Shown here: piece by piece, positions 61,901 to 64,000 of the stretch | How positions within the stretch are numbered: the first letter of the stretch is position 1 | Layout of the letters: the number at the start of each line of letters is the position of its first letter | Source: Eledone cirrhosa | Lineage: Eukaryota | Assembly: GCA_964016885.1 (NCBI GenBank) | Contig: CAXHJY010000096.1 | Coordinates: forward strand, 2,356,001 to 2,420,000 | DNA length: 64,000 nt | Reading direction: 5' to 3' | Notes under the pieces: model-generated | What the model was told of the DNA's origin: nothing | Databases searched by the model: none | Seen by the model: only the letters and a program-made list of their open reading frames with translations | Position numbers and translations under genes: made by a program

Positions 61901-64000
61901 GCCGTCCAAGGAGAGGTAATTTCTAGCCGTCCAAGGGGAGATAAATTCCAGCCTCCAAGGGGAGATAATTTCCAGCCAGCCAAGGGGAGATAATTTGTAA
62001 AAAAATCAGGGGGAGATAATTTGCAAAAAAAATCAGGGGGAGATAATTTGTAAAAAAAATCAGGGGGAGATAATTTGTAAAAAATAATCAGGGGGAGATA
62101 ATTTCCAGCCGTCCAAGGGAAGATAATTTCCAGCCCTCCAAGGGGCTATAATTTCCAGTGTCCAAGGGGAGATAATTTCCAGCCAGCGAAGGGGAGATAA
62201 TTTTTTTTAAAAAATCATTGGGAGATTTGTAAAAAAAATCAGGGGGAGATAATTTGTAAAAAAAATCAAGGGGAGATAATTTCCAGCCGTCCAAGGGGAG
62301 GTAATATCTAGCCGTCCAAGGGGAGATAATTTCCAGCCGTCCAAGGGGAGATAATTTCCAGCCGTCCAAGGGTAGATAATATCCAGCCGCCCAAGGACAT
62401 ATTTTCCAGCCGTCCAAGGAGAGGTAATTTCTAGCCGTCCAAGGGGAGATAAATTCCAGCCTCCAAGAGGAGATAATTTCCAGCCAGCCAAGGGGAGATA
62501 ATTTGTAAAAAAATCAGGGGGAGATAATTTGTAAAAAAAATCAGGGGGAGATAATTTGTAAAAAAAAATCAGGGGGAGATAATTTCTAAAAAAAAATCAG
62601 GGGGAGATAATTTGCAAAAAAAAATCAGGGGGAGATAATTTGTAAAAAAAAATCAGGGGTAGATAATTTGTAAAAAAAAATCAGGGGGAGATAATTTGTA
62701 AAAAAAAATCAGGGGGAGATAATTTGTAAAAAAAATCAAGGGGAGATAATTTCCAGCCGTCCAAGGAGAGATAATTTTAAAAAAAATCAGGAGGAGATAA
62801 TTTGTAAAAAAAAATCAGGGGGAGATAATTTGTAAAAAAAATCAGGGGGAGATAATTTGTAAAAAAAAATCAGGGGTAGATAATTTGTAAAAAAAAATCA
62901 GGGGGAGATAATTTGTAAAAAAAAATCAGGGGGAGATAATTTGTAAAAAAAATCAAGGGGAGATAATTTCCAGCCGTCCAAGGAGAGATAATTTAAAAAA
63001 AAATCAGGCGGAGATAATTTGTAAAAAAAAATTAGGGGGAGATAATTTGTAAAAAAAAATCAGGGGGAGATAATTTGTAAAAAAAATCAAGGGGAGATAA
63101 TTTCCAGCCGTCCAAGGGGAGATAATTTTCAGCCGTCCAAGGGGAGATAATTTCCCGCCAGCCAAGGGAAGATAATATTCAAAAAAATCAGGCGGAGATA
63201 ATTTGTAAAAAAAATCAGGGGGAGATAATTTGTAAAAAAATCAGGGGGAGATAATTTGTAAAAAAAAAAATCAGGGGGAGATAATTTGTAAAAAAAATCA
63301 GGGGGAGATAATTTGTAAAAAAAAATCAGGGGTAGATAATTTGTAAAAAAAAATCAGGGGGAGATAATTTGTAAAAAAAAATCAGGGGGAGATAATTTGT
63401 AAAAAAAATGAAAGGGGAGATAATATCCAGCCGTCCAAGGGGAGATAATTTCCAGCCGTCCAAGGGGAGATAATTTCCAGCCGTCCAAGGGGAGAAAATT
63501 TCCATCCTTCCAAGGGGATATAATTTCCAGCCGTCCAAGGGGAGATAATTTCCATCCTTCCAAGGGGATATAATTTCCAGCCGTCCAAGGGGAGATAATT
63601 TTCAGCCGTCCAAGGAGAGGTAATTTCTAGCCGTCCAAGGAGAGATAATTTCCAGCCGTCCAAGGGGAGATAATTTCCAGCCGTCCAAGGGGAGATAATT
63701 TCCAGCCGTCCAAGGAGACATATTTTCCAGCCGTCCAAGGAGAGGTAATTCCTAGCCGTCCAAGGGGAGATAAATTCCAGCCTCCAAGGGGAGATAATTT
63801 CCAGCCAGCCAAGGGGAGATAATTTGTAAAAAAAATCAGGGGGAGATAATTTCTAAAAAAAATCAGGGGGAGATAATTTGTAAAAAAAAATCAGGGGGAG
63901 ATAATTTGTAAAAAATAATCAGGGGGAGATAATTTGTAAAAAAAATCAAGGGGAGATAATTTCCAGCCGTCCAAGGGGAGATAATTTTCAGCCGTCCAAG
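43644..64000 (+). repeat. Higher-order repeat, second copy of 1-17737, with an extra 2209-bp duplication and without the 412-bp deletion
   Basis: Position 1 aligns to 43644. Rare variants are shared, e.g. GGTCATTT (~523/~44166) and TCAAAGGG (2568/46211). Confidence 0.95.
48659..53316 (+). repeat. 2209-bp tandem duplication
   Basis: ORF pairs 48937/51146, 49791/52000 and 49963/52172. It accounts for the offset jump from 43643 to 45852. Confidence 0.94.

Larger units (their letters stand above)
1..64000. repeat. Composite two-monomer tandem satellite array, open at both window ends
   Basis: The core GGGGAGATAATTT, or a close variant, recurs every ~23-30 bp from the first line to the last, always in the same orientation. 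I found no non-repeat stretch. Confidence 0.99.

Noticed and set aside
222-63812. All minus-strand ORFs (60-213 aa)
   Set aside because: They overlap in all three frames, translate the repeat itself, mostly start at TTG within the monomer (TTGGAC), and are frameshifted freely by A-tract length. No recognisable domain.
1-64000. CRISPR array (constant core plus variable part)
   Set aside because: The constant part is only 13 bp, the intervening parts are 12-16 bp of just two recurrent types rather than unique spacers, and there is no leader or cas gene.
1-64000. Canonical G-quadruplex or telomeric repeat
   Set aside because: G4-G5 runs are separated by about 21-24 nt, far beyond typical short loops. 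Two monomer types with kilobase higher-order structure do not fit telomerase-templated synthesis.
1-64000. Transposon, tRNA, rRNA or other insertion
   Set aside because: No interruption, terminal repeat, target-site duplication or non-satellite sequence was found. Even the most diverged cassettes align to the monomers.
1-64000. Assignment to a species or to centromere function
   Set aside because: The architecture is compatible with centromeric or heterochromatic satellite DNA, but sequence alone cannot establish host or function.

Overview
The whole 64 kb window is one uninterrupted head-to-tail tandem array (satellite-type DNA) with no inversion, no unique sequence and no supportable gene. 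It is built from two monomers sharing a 13-bp core, GGGGAGATAATTT. Type A is 25 bp (AGGGGAGATAATTTCCAGCCGTCCA, 52% GC). Type B is mostly 26-29 bp (AGGGGGAGATAATTTGT-A(7-10)-TC, about 30% GC). The monomers alternate in blocks, and block boundaries carry dedicated variant monomers in a fixed order. Nested higher-order duplications have periods of about 173, 255, 260, 830, 2209, 2232-2259, 9291, 9753, 13827-14321, 20036 and 43643-46263 bp, and diagnostic variants let several of them be ordered in time. All ORFs in the track are minus-strand read-throughs of the repeat and are rejected. I cannot identify the organism or the satellite family, so novelty is unverified. Offsets come from ORF-track coordinates plus manual spot checks; boundaries are approximate to about one or two monomers.
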